Positions 11,320 through 25,955 are shown, numbered from the stretch's first letter. The stretch is 64,000 nucleotides of DNA from Vitrella brassicaformis CCMP3155 (GCA_001179505.1 CDMY01001040.1:1-64000), one strand, 5' to 3'. The notes: generated by a model not told the origin, from the letters alone. Program-made: numbers and translations.

Positions 11320-11493
11320 AACGGTGCAAGCTCAAAAAACTGGTCGAGCTGCACTCGAGCTGCACTCGAGCTGCCTTTTCTTCTTCACCAGAGCGGTTTC
11401 AGAGCCCTTCCCTGTGGCCCCAGTGCATCGCAGTCATCGGCTAACAGCGCGTCAACCGCCCTTGTTTGCCTCCAGTCAGCAGCAGATATCGTC

Positions 11494-12837
11494 ATGGCGT
11501 CGGCCACCAAGTGGGATTCGACCTTGTCTGAGCCCATATCCCGGAAGCCCCATCCCCACCCTCACAACATGCTGTACTACGGCAAGTGCATGATCGGCGG
11601 CATCATGAGCTGCGGCTTCACCCACACGGCCGTGGTGCCCCTGGACGTGACCAAGTGCAAGATGCAGGTCTTCCCCCAGAAGTACACCGGCCTCTTCTCG
11701 GGCATCCGGACCATCGTGGCCGAGGAGGGCATGGGCGGCCTGGCGCTGGGCTGGCTGCCCACCTTCATCGGCTACTCCATGCAGGGGCTCTGCAAGTTCG
11801 GCTTCTACGAGCTCTTCAAGGACGTCTACGCCAACGCGGCGGGCGAGGAGAATGCGGCCAAGTACAAGGGCTTCCTTTGGCTGGGGGCGAGTGCGAGCGC
11901 CGAGTTCTTCGCCGACATCGCCCTGTGCCCCATGGAGATGGTCAAGGTCAAGGTGCAGACGTCACCAGCGGGCACGTGGCCGACAGACCTCGTTGGCGCC
12001 ACCAGCAAGATGGTCGAGAAGAGCGCAGAGACCAGATTCCCGGTGAGTGAGTGAGTGAGTGAGGGGATGAATGGCGGGGCAGGGCGGGCAGAGATCGATG
12101 TGTGTGGATGTGTGTCAGTTTGGCAGTGTGGTTCCGTTGTGGAGTCGGCAGATCCCGTACACCATGGCCAAGTTTTATTTCTTTGAGAAGTGCGTGCAGC
12201 TCTTCTACGACAACGTCTTCACACAGCCCAAGGACACCTACTCCAAACCCACACAACTCGGGGTCACATTCGCATCAGGTGAATGAAGGACACACACGCA
12301 GAGGCAGGGAGGGAGGAGGGGAGGCCTACACGTGTGTGGACTTACCTTTCATGTGTGTGTGTGGATGTGTGTGTGTGGTCAGGTTACTTGGCTGGCGTGA
12401 TCTGTGCGGTCGTGTCCCACCCCGCGGACAACCTGGTCTCGCAGCTGGGCAAGGCGGAGCACAAAGGCAAAGGGTACACACCGACGGCCGCTCACGCATG
12501 ACCTCATGTGGGCGATATGATGGATGTCTGTGTCCTGTGTTGTGTGTTGGTTCGTAACTTCATTCAGATTGGGTCAGATAGCGTCAGAGGTGGGTGCGTG
12601 GAATCTGTGCACCAAGGGCATCGGCACCCGTATCCTCATGATCGGCACACTCACCGGCCTCCAGTGGTGGATCTACGACACATTCAAGGTGCGATGCGAC
12701 ACACAAATGCTGCCCGGTCTCACACGCGACACAGGCCATCCACTCTCTCTCTCTCTCTCTCTCTGTGCGCTCTCTGTGCGCAGACTGCGATGGGTATGGG
12801 GACGACGGGGGGCGGGACGGCCAAGAAGGCCGCCTGA
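11494..12837 (+). CDS. SLC25A3: Mitochondrial phosphate carrier (SLC25/PiC/MIR1)
   Basis: GGIMSCGFTHTAVVPLDVTKCKMQ, GWLPTFIGYSMQGLCKFGFYELFK, ASAEFFADIALCPMEMVKVKVQT, PLWSRQIPYTMAKF, VSHPADNLVS, RILMIGTLTGLQWWIYD. Confidence 0.97.
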
Positions 12838-13888
12838 TGATGACTGGTGATGATTTTGATCCGATGGCATCACTATCAATCACTTGTAGACAGATAGACC
12901 GCCTGTTTGTTGCTGCCTCCCTGCCTCCCTGCCTCCCTGCCTGCCTGTCTGCCTGTCTGCCTCTGTCTCCCTCTCTGTATCGATCTGAATGGACGGCATT
13001 GCGGCCCCGCCTTTCTGGCTGCATGGCCGTCCGTCTTTTGACTCACTCCTGCGTGAATGGACGAATGGATGGATGGATGGATGGACTTTGTGTGCAGAGC
13101 CGTTGCCGCGGACCGGTCGTGTGCGCCGGTCCCTTCACAGACAGACAGACAGACACAGACAGGCGGACAAGTACTCGTCCTGCATATCGATTTTTGTGTG
13201 GCCAGCCCACGACGGGATGTGTGGGCCAATTCAATCATGTCATGGATGTGTGGTGTCTGTCTGTCTGTGGTCCGACTTTTCGAAGAGATGTGCACATGTC
13301 GCTACTGCTGGCTCCTGCATACCTGCTCCTCACTCACTGGCTGCTTGTGGATGTGTTCTTGAGACGAGAGTCTTGCTGCGGATCTCAGTGCTCATGCTCC
13401 TCGTCACCTAATTTCTCAAGGGCTGCATCCCCTGTTGAGAGACTGGGTGAGGAGAGGCGGCAGCAGCACTGAGATCCGCAGCGAGGCATGCAACAGACGC
13501 TACTAGCAATCCTAGCTTGGCCCGTGTGTGTATCTTCTATCCCTATCACGTGTGGGGTGGCAGAGCAGACAGGTGAGGTGGCCGTGTGCGGGAGGGGGAC
13601 GGAGAGGGGTCGGCGTGAAGCTCAAACACGCCTCAAACTCTTTGTCCTTGTCCGCGAACGCTCACCTCACCTTGCTTGCTTGAAATGGATGGATGGATGG
13701 ATGAATGGATGGATGGATGGGTGTGTGCATGTGTGGTGTGTAATCATTAGTTCGATGTTTGTCACCGCCCTCGCCACACGGGATCCACGCACGCACGCAC
13801 CATCACATAGTCCGCATGAGCCCAGCCCGTGTCAATCAAAACTTGTTGGAATCACAATGGTCGGCCCGTCGGTCCACACACTTTATGA

Positions 13889-15507
<1,619 letters not shown>

Positions 15508-15702
15508 GGAGCATCACACACACAGATCGGCAAACCAATGGCAATTTGGCTCACATGTTCGCCGCCGCCCTCCTCTCTCTCACCTCTTTGCTTGTGCGTC
15601 GCTTCTTGCTTGAATGCGCCATCACGTCCACCGGCGGGTGACGGTTGTTGCTTCTGCACAGCGCGCGTAGGATCCAGGGTTCAACCCTCAACCCGAGGTT
15701 TG

Positions 15703-15710
15703 AGCTCGCG
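15703..15710 (+). promoter_or_regulatory. AGCTCGCG variant promoter motif
   Basis: TTTGAGCTCGCG between paralog B (-) and LIG6 (+). Confidence 0.55.
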
Positions 15711-15803
15711 CCCTCTCGTCGCGAAAACTCTCTCTTTTTGCGCGCGTGTTTGACGAAGTTTGGACAGCTGCGTTGAGCGTGTGTCTGTCATCTGTGATGG
15801 GCG

Positions 15804-17631
15804 ATGAATAAGGACATCTCAGTGCATGAGATCTCGGGAACGACGTACGTGGGACTGTACCAGCCAGCACCACCATGCAACAGCCATGCAATGCCATCCA
15901 TCCGTGTGATCTTGTTGCTGTATGTGGTTATCTCATCTGTGCAGGTTCCTTGTGGACTTCTTCCGCCGCCCTCTGACGCCTCCGCGGACCTTCTTCCTAT
16001 CGCACTACCATGGCGACCACTACAGCGGCATCACAGACCGCTGGGACAGGGGCGTCATCCACTGCTCACCCATCACGGCCCGCCTGCTGCTCGAGATCAT
16101 GGCGGTGGCACCCCGGTATGTCAAAGCGATGGCCCTGGACGTGGCGCACGACATGGGTGACGGGCATAAGGTGACGCTCATCGACGCGCATCACTGCCCG
16201 GGTGAGCATGGAGGGATGGATGGATGGATGGGTGAGGGGCCGGTGCGGTTGTGCGCGTGCGTGTGCGCAGGTGCGGTGATGTTTCTCTTTGAGCTGTCGA
16301 GTGGGAAGGCCTTCCTGCACACCGGTGACTTCCGCTTCCATCCACGCATACTCCAGCACCCAGCACTGCAACACAAAAAGGTACATACGTGCACAAGTTG
16401 CAGAGACGACCGTCTTATGCATGTTCGCTGCCTGTGTTCGTTGGCCGTGGCTGTCAGATCGACGGCATCTATCTCGACACCACCTACAGCCACCCCAAGC
16501 ACGTCTTCCCTCCGCAGGAAACCGCCATCCAGTCCATCGTCGACGTCATACAGGAGACACTGGCCAGCGAGCGGCCGCCGAACACCCCCCCTCTCGTCGG
16601 TCTGGCACCCCTGGCCGCGTCGAAAGCTGACGCGGCTGGGGAGACAGCCAATGACGGAGGGGAGGAGCTGCTGGAGGGAGAGGTGAGGTCGCCCGAGGCG
16701 AGTGCTGCCGCCGCCGCAGCAGCAGCTGCTGCTGCTGCATCTGGGGGTGAGGGGGAGGAAGATGTGGAGCGGATTCCGAAGAGGACGCTCTTCCTTGTCA
16801 GCGCCTACACGATTGGTAAGAGAGGTGAGGAGGGTCCCCTTTCGTTGATGGAGTGTGTTCTGGCGTGTTTGTGTGTGTGTGTGGTCAGGGAAGGAAAAGA
16901 TCCCACTCGCGGTCGCAAAGACGTGTGGAGTCAAGATCTACCTAGAGGAAAGAAAGGTCGGCAACCTAACCAGTGCGTCAATCGTCAGTTCATTGCAATC
17001 ACGCCACCTGTCTGTTTTTGGCTGTGTCGACGGATGGAATGGCTGAATACAGTCTCGCATTTTCCGTTGCCTGGGCATGGCTGACGAGGACATCGCTGCC
17101 TTCACCACTGACCCCGCAGCCACGCCTGTGCACGTGGTCGGCATGGATATGTGCGGCGAGATGTGGCCCTTCTTCCGACCCAACTTCGCCAACCTCGAAA
17201 GCTACCTGGAGAAACACAATCTCATCAGGACCTACAGCCACGTCACGGGTGAGGGAGACCAGGAGGCGGCGGTCGGGCGAGTGAGGCAGGTGTCTCTTCT
17301 CGTGTTGTGTGGTCAGGTTTCATCCCCACTGGATGGGCTGAGTCGAGCAACTGGAATCGCAAAAACGCTGTCAAGTAAGGAGAATAAGGCGCGTGTGTGA
17401 GAATGGACAGGTGTCTGCATTTCTTGTCTGCTTGCTTCCGTCTGTGTGTGGCGCGGCGGTCAGGACGAGGGGTCATTATGAGGTCCGTCTTTACGCCTAC
17501 TCGGAGCACTCCAATTTCCAGGAGCTCGTTACCTTTGTTGACACGCTCAAACCCACACAAGTGGTGAGAGGGCGATCTGAGAGAGCCTTCCATTGTACGA
17601 CCGATCGCACATACGATCCTGTGTCTGCCTC

Positions 17632-17662
<31 letters not shown>

Positions 17663-20600
17663 CCCGACTGTCTTCTCGGATGACAACGATCGCAAGAACA
17701 TCCTCAAACGATTCCAACCACACCTGGTCAGCTGCCGCAGACCCACGCACATAGACCTGCTGCCCTGTCACCATTCCTCATTCTCTGCCGGGCCACTTTC
17801 TCCTCCAGAACAAGACTGCCGGTGTGCGTGCCTTCCTGGACAAGCACTTCCGCAACAACAACAACAACAACAACAACAATGGCGGCAACGGCGCCGCCCA
17901 AAGCTCCGCTGACCCGTCCCCATCAAACCACAACAGTCGACACCAAGACGGCCCCACCGATCCCGTCGTCATCGATGACGACGACGAGCAGGAAGACGCC
18001 GGCCAGCCCCCTCCCCCACCTCCCCAAGAAGCGGAGCCATCATCAGCATCGTCACACAAGCGCAAGGACCTCCCACCCGAGCCCTCCCCTCCCCCGGACA
18101 GCAAACGGCCCAAGCAGCAGCAAGAGCCGGACGATGACGTGATCGAGCTTGACGGCGATGATGACGATCAGGACATGCCTGACGCACCCGCACCGTCAGC
18201 GGCAGCAGCTGCCGCTGCTGCAGCAGCAGGGGGAGGGGCAGGAGCACCCAAGAAGGTCGCCCTGCGGAGCGCCCCTGCGCCCAAGGGCATGTCGAAGGCC
18301 AAGGCCAAGCCGAAGGCGAAGGGGAACGGCAAAGGGGGGAGAGGCAAGGGCGGCAAGAAGGGGTCAGGGGCGGCGAGCAAGGACAAAGGCGGCACGCAGG
18401 CCTCCATCATGTCCTTCTTTGGCAAGCCCAAGGCGGCCAAGGAAGACACCGGCGGCGGCCCCTCTCCCAGCAATGGCAAGAAGCAGCACGGACGCGAGCC
18501 ACAGCCACCACCACCACCAGCAGAGCCACCAGCAGCAGCTGCCGCAGCAGCAGCGGCAGCAGCCATCTCAATCAACGACACATCGAGCCGACCAGCCGAC
18601 GAAGGACGCGCCAACGAACACGAGGAGAAGCCCCCGCCAGCCCCCAAACCCGCCCCCGCCCCCGCAGCCTTCCTCTGCTGTCGTGCCGAGACCGTCACTC
18701 TTGGCAGCGATCCCGAGGACCTGGAGGCTCTCTATGAGGGCAAGAGCGGCACCGGCTCCACCCCATACCTGGCCCTCTCGCGCACATACGAGTGGATTGA
18801 GGCCATTACGGGTCGGCTCAAGATCATCGGACACCTGGCCAGGCTGTTTGAGCTGATTCTGCGGCGGGCGGAGGGGGATTTGTTGGCGGCCATTTACCTG
18901 ACGACGAATCGCATAGCGCCGCCGTGGGAGGCGGGGGAGCTGGGGGTGGGCAGCAGTGTGCTGGGCAAGGCCGTCATCGAGACGACGGGCAAGACCAGCC
19001 ACACACTCGGACAGATGTAAGCAGAGAGAGATCGAGATCCGCACAGATGGAAGGTGTGTGTCTTGTCTTGTCTTGTCTTGTCTTGTGTTGTGTTGTGTGC
19101 AGGTACACGCGTCTGGGTGACTTCGGCGATGTGGCGCAGGAGTGTGCCGGCAGTGTGCGGATGCTCTTCAAGCCCAAGCCCTTGAGCGTGCAGGACGTCT
19201 ACACCGGCCTCAGGAAGATCGCCGCACTCACAGGCGCCAAGTCGCAAGAGAGCAAGAGGAACATCGTCAAGGTCCGTTCCCACCTCGCAATCTCTCTCCT
19301 TGACGCACCTCTCTTCGTCCATCCATTCATTGATGCCATGTTGTCAGGGGTTGCTCGTCCGCTGTCGAGAGAAGGAGACGCGCTACCTCGTCCGCACTCT
19401 CGGGCAGCATCTGCGGATCGGCGCCGTGGCCAAGACAGTGCTGGCGGCCCTCGCACAGGCGATCGAGAAGGACAAGGCCAAGCAAGAGCGGGCGGCCAAG
19501 GCACTGGCACGGGCCTACTCAGAGTGCCCCTCGTTCGACATCCTGGTGGCTGAGCTGCTGCAGGGGCGCAGGGAAGGTCAGTCGCCTCACACACTGCAGA
19601 CAAGGGCGAGCAATGAAAAGCCCCAGAGGGGTGTGTGTGTGTCAGGTGGCAGTGGGTGGGAGAGGGTTGAGGAGCAGTGCATCCTACGACCAGGGACGCC
19701 CATCCGCCCTCAGCTGGGCCAGATCACCAGATCCATCCCAGACCTACTCAAACGGTACAAGTGTGGAGACACAGAGACGCTGCAATACGGCCGGCCTCTC
19801 ACCATGAGTGCATTCGGTCTTGCCCATCTGTGTGCGCAGCTTCACGCGTGAGGGCGCGACGGCGATCAGCTGCGAGTTCAAGTATGACGGTCAGCGCGCG
19901 CAGATCCACCTGATGAAGGCGGACAGCAGCACGGCGCCGCCGGCCGATGGGCAGAGGAAGATCGATGGCAGCGATGATGCCGGCGGAAGTGACGGGCTGA
20001 CGTTCAAGGTGTTCTCTCGGCACCTGGAGGACGTCACCGTCAGGTTCGCCGACATCATGGACCACATCAGGTGGGTGAACGGATGGATGGATGGGCAGCG
20101 ATTGCCATTGACTCATCCATTCATCTGTCGGATGTGGCGTGTGTACAGGGAGGCATTGTCAGGTCCCCTGGAGTCGTGTGTGCTGGACGCTGAGCTGGTG
20201 GCGGTGGACCCCTCCCCGCCGCACCGGCTGCTGCCCTTCCAGACACTCACCGGCCGCTCCCGCAAACAGGTCGACAGGAGCATACCCGTCTGCGTCTTCC
20301 TTTTCGGTCAGTGAGAGGGCGAGCGAGCCAGGCAGGGCGGGGCAGGGCAGTCCACACCCCAGAGGCTGACGTGCCCTTCCCATCTTGCGTGCAGACATGC
20401 TGTATCTTAATGGCGAGCCCTTGCTGACCAAGACCCTCGCCGAGCGCCGCACACTCATGCACCAGCAGTTCCACGAGGTCGACGGGGAGTTCCGATTCGC
20501 GCGGGAGAAGACCATCTCCCTCACCGCCAATGGTGACAATGCAGACGCAGCCGTAGATGTAGAGGCAGAGGGAGAGGTGGGCGTGAGTGAGGAGGCGGGT

Positions 20601-21672
20601 GCGGAGGTCGAGGCGACGGTGGAGAAGTGGCTGCACGAGTCGCTGCGTGAGGGGTGTGAGGGGCTCATGTGCAAGGCCCTCGACGGGCGCCTCGCCACCT
20701 ATGAGCCCACCAAGCGGAGCGAAGGATGGGCCAAGATCAAGAAGGACTACATCGAGGGAGTCGCTGACAGCCTCGACCTCGTGAGTGAAGATGGATGGAG
20801 GGAGGGACAGAGCAGCCAGCCCACATGAAGACGGCTCTCTCTGTGTGCGGTCGTCTCTCTTTCCAGGTGCCGATTGGTGCGTGGTGGGGCAATGGTCGGA
20901 AGGCAGGCTGGTTCAGCCCCTATTTGCTGGCGTGCGTCACGCCTGACGGCGAGATGCAGAGCGTCTGCAAAGTCATGAGCGGCTTCACCGACGAGCAGTA
21001 CCGCGAGTTTCTGGCCTTCTACAAGGATGGCGGCCGCATCATCCCGCAGCCCAAGAGCTTCTACGACGTCACCGATGACCTCATCCCCTCGGTGTGGTTC
21101 GAGCCGTGCCAGGTACAGGCCCACACGCCATACAGAGACACATAGAAGCCTCTTTCTGACGTGTGTCTGGTGTGTGTGTGTTCAGGTGTGGGAGATCCGC
21201 GGCGCCGATCTGACGATATCTCCCAAGCACTCGGCAGCCAGGGGCCTCGTGGATCCCACCAAAGGCATCAGCCTTAGATTCCCAAGGTATGTAAACAATC
21301 GAAGGATGACAAAACAACCATACCAGACACACACACATACGATTGTCATCCTTCCCCTCCTTGCCGTCGATCAGGTTCATCCAAGTGCGGCAGGACAAGG
21401 CAATCGAGGACGCCACCACACCCGACTATATCGCTCGTCTCTTTGAGCGTCAGGTGACCCGCCAGCCCGCTGCAGCACCAGCAGCACCGGCTGCAGGACC
21501 AGCAGCAGCAGCGGCCAGAGCGGACAATGACGATGACGAGGAGTCTGATGAGCCGGGCTCGCCGCGGCAGGGCGGTGGGGGTGCAGATGCGGACAAGTAT
21601 GCGCAGCCCGCAGGGATGGCCGCCAGCTCGAGCAGCGCTGCTGCCGCTGCTGCTGCTGGTGGAACGATTTAG
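15804..21672 (+). CDS. LIG6: SNM1/Artemis-type metallo-beta-lactamase/beta-CASP nuclease fused to an ATP-dependent DNA ligase (plant LIG6 architecture)
   Basis: MBL motifs [28 protein letters not shown]. In-frame splice (KRFQPHL|NKTAG) into a linker with QASIMSFF. Ligase motifs [62 protein letters not shown]. Confidence 0.88.
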
Positions 21673-22294
21673 TAGTGGGAATGCGGGGACAGGGATTGTC
21701 GATTCGTGAGAGAGAGAGAGAGCTGTAGACGAGTGTGATCGATACACAGATAGTGTGCAAAGATAGATTGGCCTGGATGGATGGATGGATAACACGTGCG
21801 GCGTGTGCAGGTATTGCGTGTCGGACGTGCGCAGTGGGACCGTTCATTCAGTGTCAATCTTCAAATACATGCATGTCGAACTGTGACGGTCAGGCACAAC
21901 TTGGCTGACCGGCTGAAAAAGAACGGAGCTAGCTAGCTAGGTCGTGATGGAACGCCATAAAACGCGAAGAACGACACAACACGACACCGACTTCTTAGGA
22001 TAAAATGCCGAAAAACAGCCCTACTCACCTCTACTGATAGATGAGAAACACAACATTCTGCGCCTTTCGCACACACACATACACCCAGCATCCATCCACC
22101 CATCCACTTTGTCGCGGTCAGCGTCCATCCACACATCCGGCCAACCGCGTCTCGTGTTTACACACACACACAGACAAAGAGACAGACAGACAGACAGCCC
22201 TGTCTGTCTTCAGTAGAGCAGAGGACCCATCACATCACACCACACTGCCACACATTGCCACACACACACAGCGTGCTTACACATCTCCTGTCTG

Positions 22295-24187
22295 TTATCC
22301 AAAGACGTTCCCGTCTATCCGTGCCGGTCTTGCCCCTTCCGAAGCAAGCATGTCGAGGGTGTGCTGCAGCTGCTCCATCTCAATTCTCGAGCACTCCTGC
22401 ACCGGACAGAAACCAGGGCAGATGACACGCATGTAAAGATCTCGCAGCTTCTCTCTCTCTCTCTCTGGCTCGCTCCCTCGCTGTATGGCTGTCTGTTTGG
22501 CTCCCTCACAAGTGGTCGTGCTGGGAATTCGGAGCAGATGGCTTTGACGACGATCTCAGGGTCGGGTGGGCCGGCGTATCTCATGTCACTGATGCGCATG
22601 GCCGTGGGGCTCCAAGCGTGCGTCCTCAGCTGCAGATTCAGCAGCTCTTCCGAGCCCATGTTGATGCATTTCTGCACCGTGTCGACGTCGGCTCCCAGCT
22701 CAGCCATGAGCTCGAAGGAACACGCTGCGCCGAATGCATTGGCAGTACCGTTAAGCTGGTGGGTGTCCTTTGTGGTGTCGCTCATGCACCTGAACATGTG
22801 ACAGACGCACCGCAGGCGCGCAGAATGTGTCTGCTCTGGTCTGATCTGTCCGCACGCACCTCTTGGGAAACTCCTCGACGTACGTCCACCAGACCTCTGA
22901 GTATCCGCCAACGCCGGCCGTTCCCTCGGTGTATGTCTTATCCCACAGACACATCTGTCTGCACACACACATTAACACACACGACACACCTCGGTGTCTA
23001 TCGAGCTGACTTCTCATTCACCGACCGGAGAGATTCGTCGATCACGTCTCTGCCCGTGGACATGGCAGGCGACTTGCGCTCGGGGGGAAGCGCGCAAGAC
23101 TGGGCGTTGTCGTCCACACACATGTCTTCGTAATGCATGGAGGGGGGGCAAGGAGAAGATGTGCCAATGGGGCCGGAAACTCAGCTGCACCCACACACGC
23201 ATGACAGACAGGAGTCAGTCCAAGTCTTCGTGAGCGAATGGATCAGGCCGTTGGCTGTTCGCCTACCTACCGTGTGCCGCAGTTGTCTGGCGCGTTTGGC
23301 GAAGCCCTGGAGGAACCGGACGCTCTTGTCGAGGGCGGGGGTCACCCACAAGTCCATCCTAACAGTGTCGGCGTACTGCATGCAGCAAATGCACAGCACG
23401 GCCGATTGATACACGCTCAGACGGCCTGGCTGCCTGTGCGCCGTGCTGCCACCCCTTTCCTACCAAGGGCATGTCCCAGACGAGCTCGACGAGGACCGTT
23501 TTGTTGACGGGTGGGGAGAGGACGTCGATGATCTTCTGGGCATGCATGTCGCTGATCAAGATAGACGGGCTGCGGACCGTCTCGCCCCAACCATCTGATG
23601 GAGAGAAAGATGTTACCAGACACTCCTGAGGGACATCCCTTCCCTCCCTCTCTCGCTGTGTGTCTGTCTTTGCTGACCGTCGGCCATGATGACTCTCTGA
23701 ATCTCCGTTGGGGTGCGGATGGCTCCTTCAGTGTCCGCCACGATGACAGCCTTGGCGTTCTTGAACACCTCCGCCACTCGCACCTTGGTGACGAAGTTGC
23801 ACAAGCCCCGCCGCACCATGACAATGTTGGGCAGCATCGTGTGTGGGGCTGGGACCTCGTAGTCCCTATCGCGGCAGTGAAGCTCCCCGTACTGGCTCTC
23901 CCCACACACCAGACGTCCCATGATGCGCTCACCATAATACTGATGGATGGATGGATGGATGACAGACACATGAGAAAGAGGGACAGACACAGACCAGTTG
24001 ATGAATGAGTCCTCCCTGCAACATCCCAACTCCACTCACTCACCGGCGGTGCGAATGCGGCGGTGCTGCCCTCAATGCCGTCCGGAAACTGCTCGGCCAG
24101 CTCAGGCGGCTCCAGGACCCTGATGCGCCCTGCAACAGCCACGCTGACTCCCAGGAGGACCAGCAGCCATGCGGCCTGCGGTGCCAT
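22295..24187 (-). CDS. VSR: Vacuolar sorting receptor-like protein (signal peptide + PA domain + VSR central domain)
   Basis: Signal peptide MAPQAAWLLVLLGVSVAVAG; PA domain IVMVRRGLCNFVTKVRVAE..AKAVIVAD; FRPHW, GRDVIDESLR, VWWTYVEEFPKRC, RYAGPPDPEIVVKAICSEF. Confidence 0.8.
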
Positions 24188-24321
24188 CGCTCAGAGTGAT
24201 GGATCTCGTGAACAGATTGCTCGACAGTGGTGAGTTTGAAGAAGCTGCAGACTGACTACAGACGCAGTCACATGAGGTTGGGACGAAGGGACAGTTCTTG
24301 GGGGGATCGCCGAAACATGAC

Positions 24322-24329
24322 AGCTCGCA
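24322..24329 (+). promoter_or_regulatory. AGCTCGCA candidate promoter motif
   Basis: Between VSR (-) and the microprotein (+). Confidence 0.65.
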
Positions 24330-24435
24330 GTGAGAGTCCGGCGCCACGATAGCCACGATCAAAGGCAGCTCGGCAGATGCACGGGTGCATGATTTGTGAG
24401 GCGACAGAGCTGCCTTGAGCTGGTAGGCTGGTGCG

Positions 24436-24681
24436 ATGGTGGAGCTGCCTGAGCTGCGCGTGTGGTCCTACCTGCTGGGCCTGGTCATCATCCTGCTGTC
24501 CGTCATCTTGCCCTTCGTGTGGATGGTACGTGAGGGAGTGAGCTGACGTGATCCATGATCACTGCAATGAGTACCATTGAGGTGTTGTGTGTCTGCTGCT
24601 GTGTTGGTGCATTCATTCACGCAGGGCATCAAGCACAAGAACACCATCCTTGACGGGCTCAAGAGGAGGCACAAGAGATGA
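24436..24681 (+). CDS. 48-aa single-pass membrane microprotein (2 exons; absent from the ORF track)
   Basis: Exon 24436-24525 + exon 24625-24681 (GT..AG intron, phase 0) = MVELPELRVWSYLLGLVIILLSVILPFVWMGIKHKNTILDGLKRRHKR*. Very high GC3; promoter motif at 24322. Confidence 0.7.
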
Positions 24682-25102
24682 TCATTGAGTGCGGGTGGAT
24701 GGTAGTAGAGGGATGCATCTGGGTGTGTACAGTAGTAAGTTGGGTGATTCTCCAGACCATGAGCTTCCTGGCATGACTGACTGACTGACTGATTGACTCT
24801 TTCTGTCCCTTTGTGAGTGCATTCATACTCTATCTTTGCCCCTCGTCCGTCTGGCCCCTGTCCCGCCGCTGACTCATCAGTGTGAGCGACTCAGTAATTC
24901 AAGAGCTCATGACAACGGTTTTGCACAACAAATAGCTGAGATAGAAGGGAGGGTCCGCAACGCAACGCAACGCAGCGCACACAGATGCACACATACATCT
25001 CTCCCTCATCCCACACACAGCCATCAGTCACCGCCCTCGCACCGCTGTGACTCCTGACCCCAATCTACCTGTGTCAAACACTCGACAGACAGCTACAGTG
25101 GA

Positions 25103-25816
25103 TCACCATCTTGCGCCGATGGGCAGGAAGGCTCCTGGCCTCTGTGGGAGGCTGGGCAGCGGCTTGTCTTCCCGCTTCTTGAGGAAAATCTGGACGGTGT
25201 ACTTCTTCTTGTCCTTGTCCCAGTGAGCGATGAACTTGCCCTCCGTCCGGTCGATCTCAAGGTTGGGGATCTTGAAGGCCACCGTCTCGTAGGGCTCCGC
25301 CGCGAACAGCAGGTACTGGAAGTTGCTGTCACTCTCCTCGACGTGCTGCTCGTACGCCGACATGACTCTGTGGCGCGGCCGGCCGTCACTCACGATCTCG
25401 GGGTAGTCAACTTCGAAGAGCAGCGCCTTCTGCATGGTCTCCTGGTCCCGGACCTTGGTGACCTTGTAGCCAGGCCGGCCGATCTTGATGCCCTTCTGCT
25501 TGACGCTCCGTTTGGGCTGCGGCATGATGCCTCCCGTGGCGCCGAGCGCCTCCTTGGCCTGTCGTCTGGCGAGGTTGGTCTGGTGCTTCTTGCCCTGGGT
25601 GTGCGCCAGGTAGCTGGCCTCGTTGTTGTGGAGGGTGAGACAGAGCTTGCACTCGTACGTGCCGAGATGGTTGCGCATGAGGTAGGGATCCTTCTTGAGG
25701 TCGATGGTCTCCATCGCCAGCGCCTTAAGGCGCTCGCGACGGTCAATGGCGGCATCCTGAGCCGACTGGGGAGCGCCGGAGCCGGTCTTGTGACCCACGC
25801 GGTTCTGGAAATCCAT
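25103..25816 (-). CDS. SF3A2: Splicing factor 3A subunit 2 (Prp11), single exon
   Basis: MDFQNRVGHKTGSG, DPYLMRNHLGTYECKLCLTLHNNEASYLAHTQGKKHQTNL, KIGRPGYKVTK, YLLFAAEPYETVAFKIP. Confidence 0.98.
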   Translation of the reverse strand: MDFQNRVGHKTGSGAPQSAQDAAIDRRERLKALAMETIDLKKDPYLMRNHLGTYECKLCLTLHNNEASYLAHTQGKKHQTNLARRQAKEALGATGGIMPQPKRSVKQKGIKIGRPGYKVTKVRDQETMQKALLFEVDYPEIVSDGRPRHRVMSAYEQHVEESDSNFQYLLFAAEPYETVAFKIPNLEIDRTEGKFIAHWDKDKKKYTVQIFLKKREDKPLPSLPQRPGAFLPIGARW

Positions 25817-25947
25817 CGGTGGGACGAAGTCAGGCAGTCAGCGAGGCGTCAGATACGGAAGTCGACTCGACGATGAAGGAAGGAACCGACGCGAGCAAAC
25901 AGCAGACGCACAGGTGCCTCCTTTCCCCTGAGTAGCTTTCTTGCAGA

Positions 25948-25955
25948 TGCGAGCT
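25948..25955 (-). promoter_or_regulatory. AGCTCGCA candidate promoter motif
   Basis: About 130 nt upstream of the SF3A2 ATG. Confidence 0.6.

Noticed and set aside
15719-15746. E2F-like sites (TCGCGAAAA, TTTTTGCGCGC) upstream of LIG6, and TTGGCGCGG upstream of POLD3
   Set aside because: Short CG-rich matches with only two examples; cannot be separated from chance without a genome-wide test.
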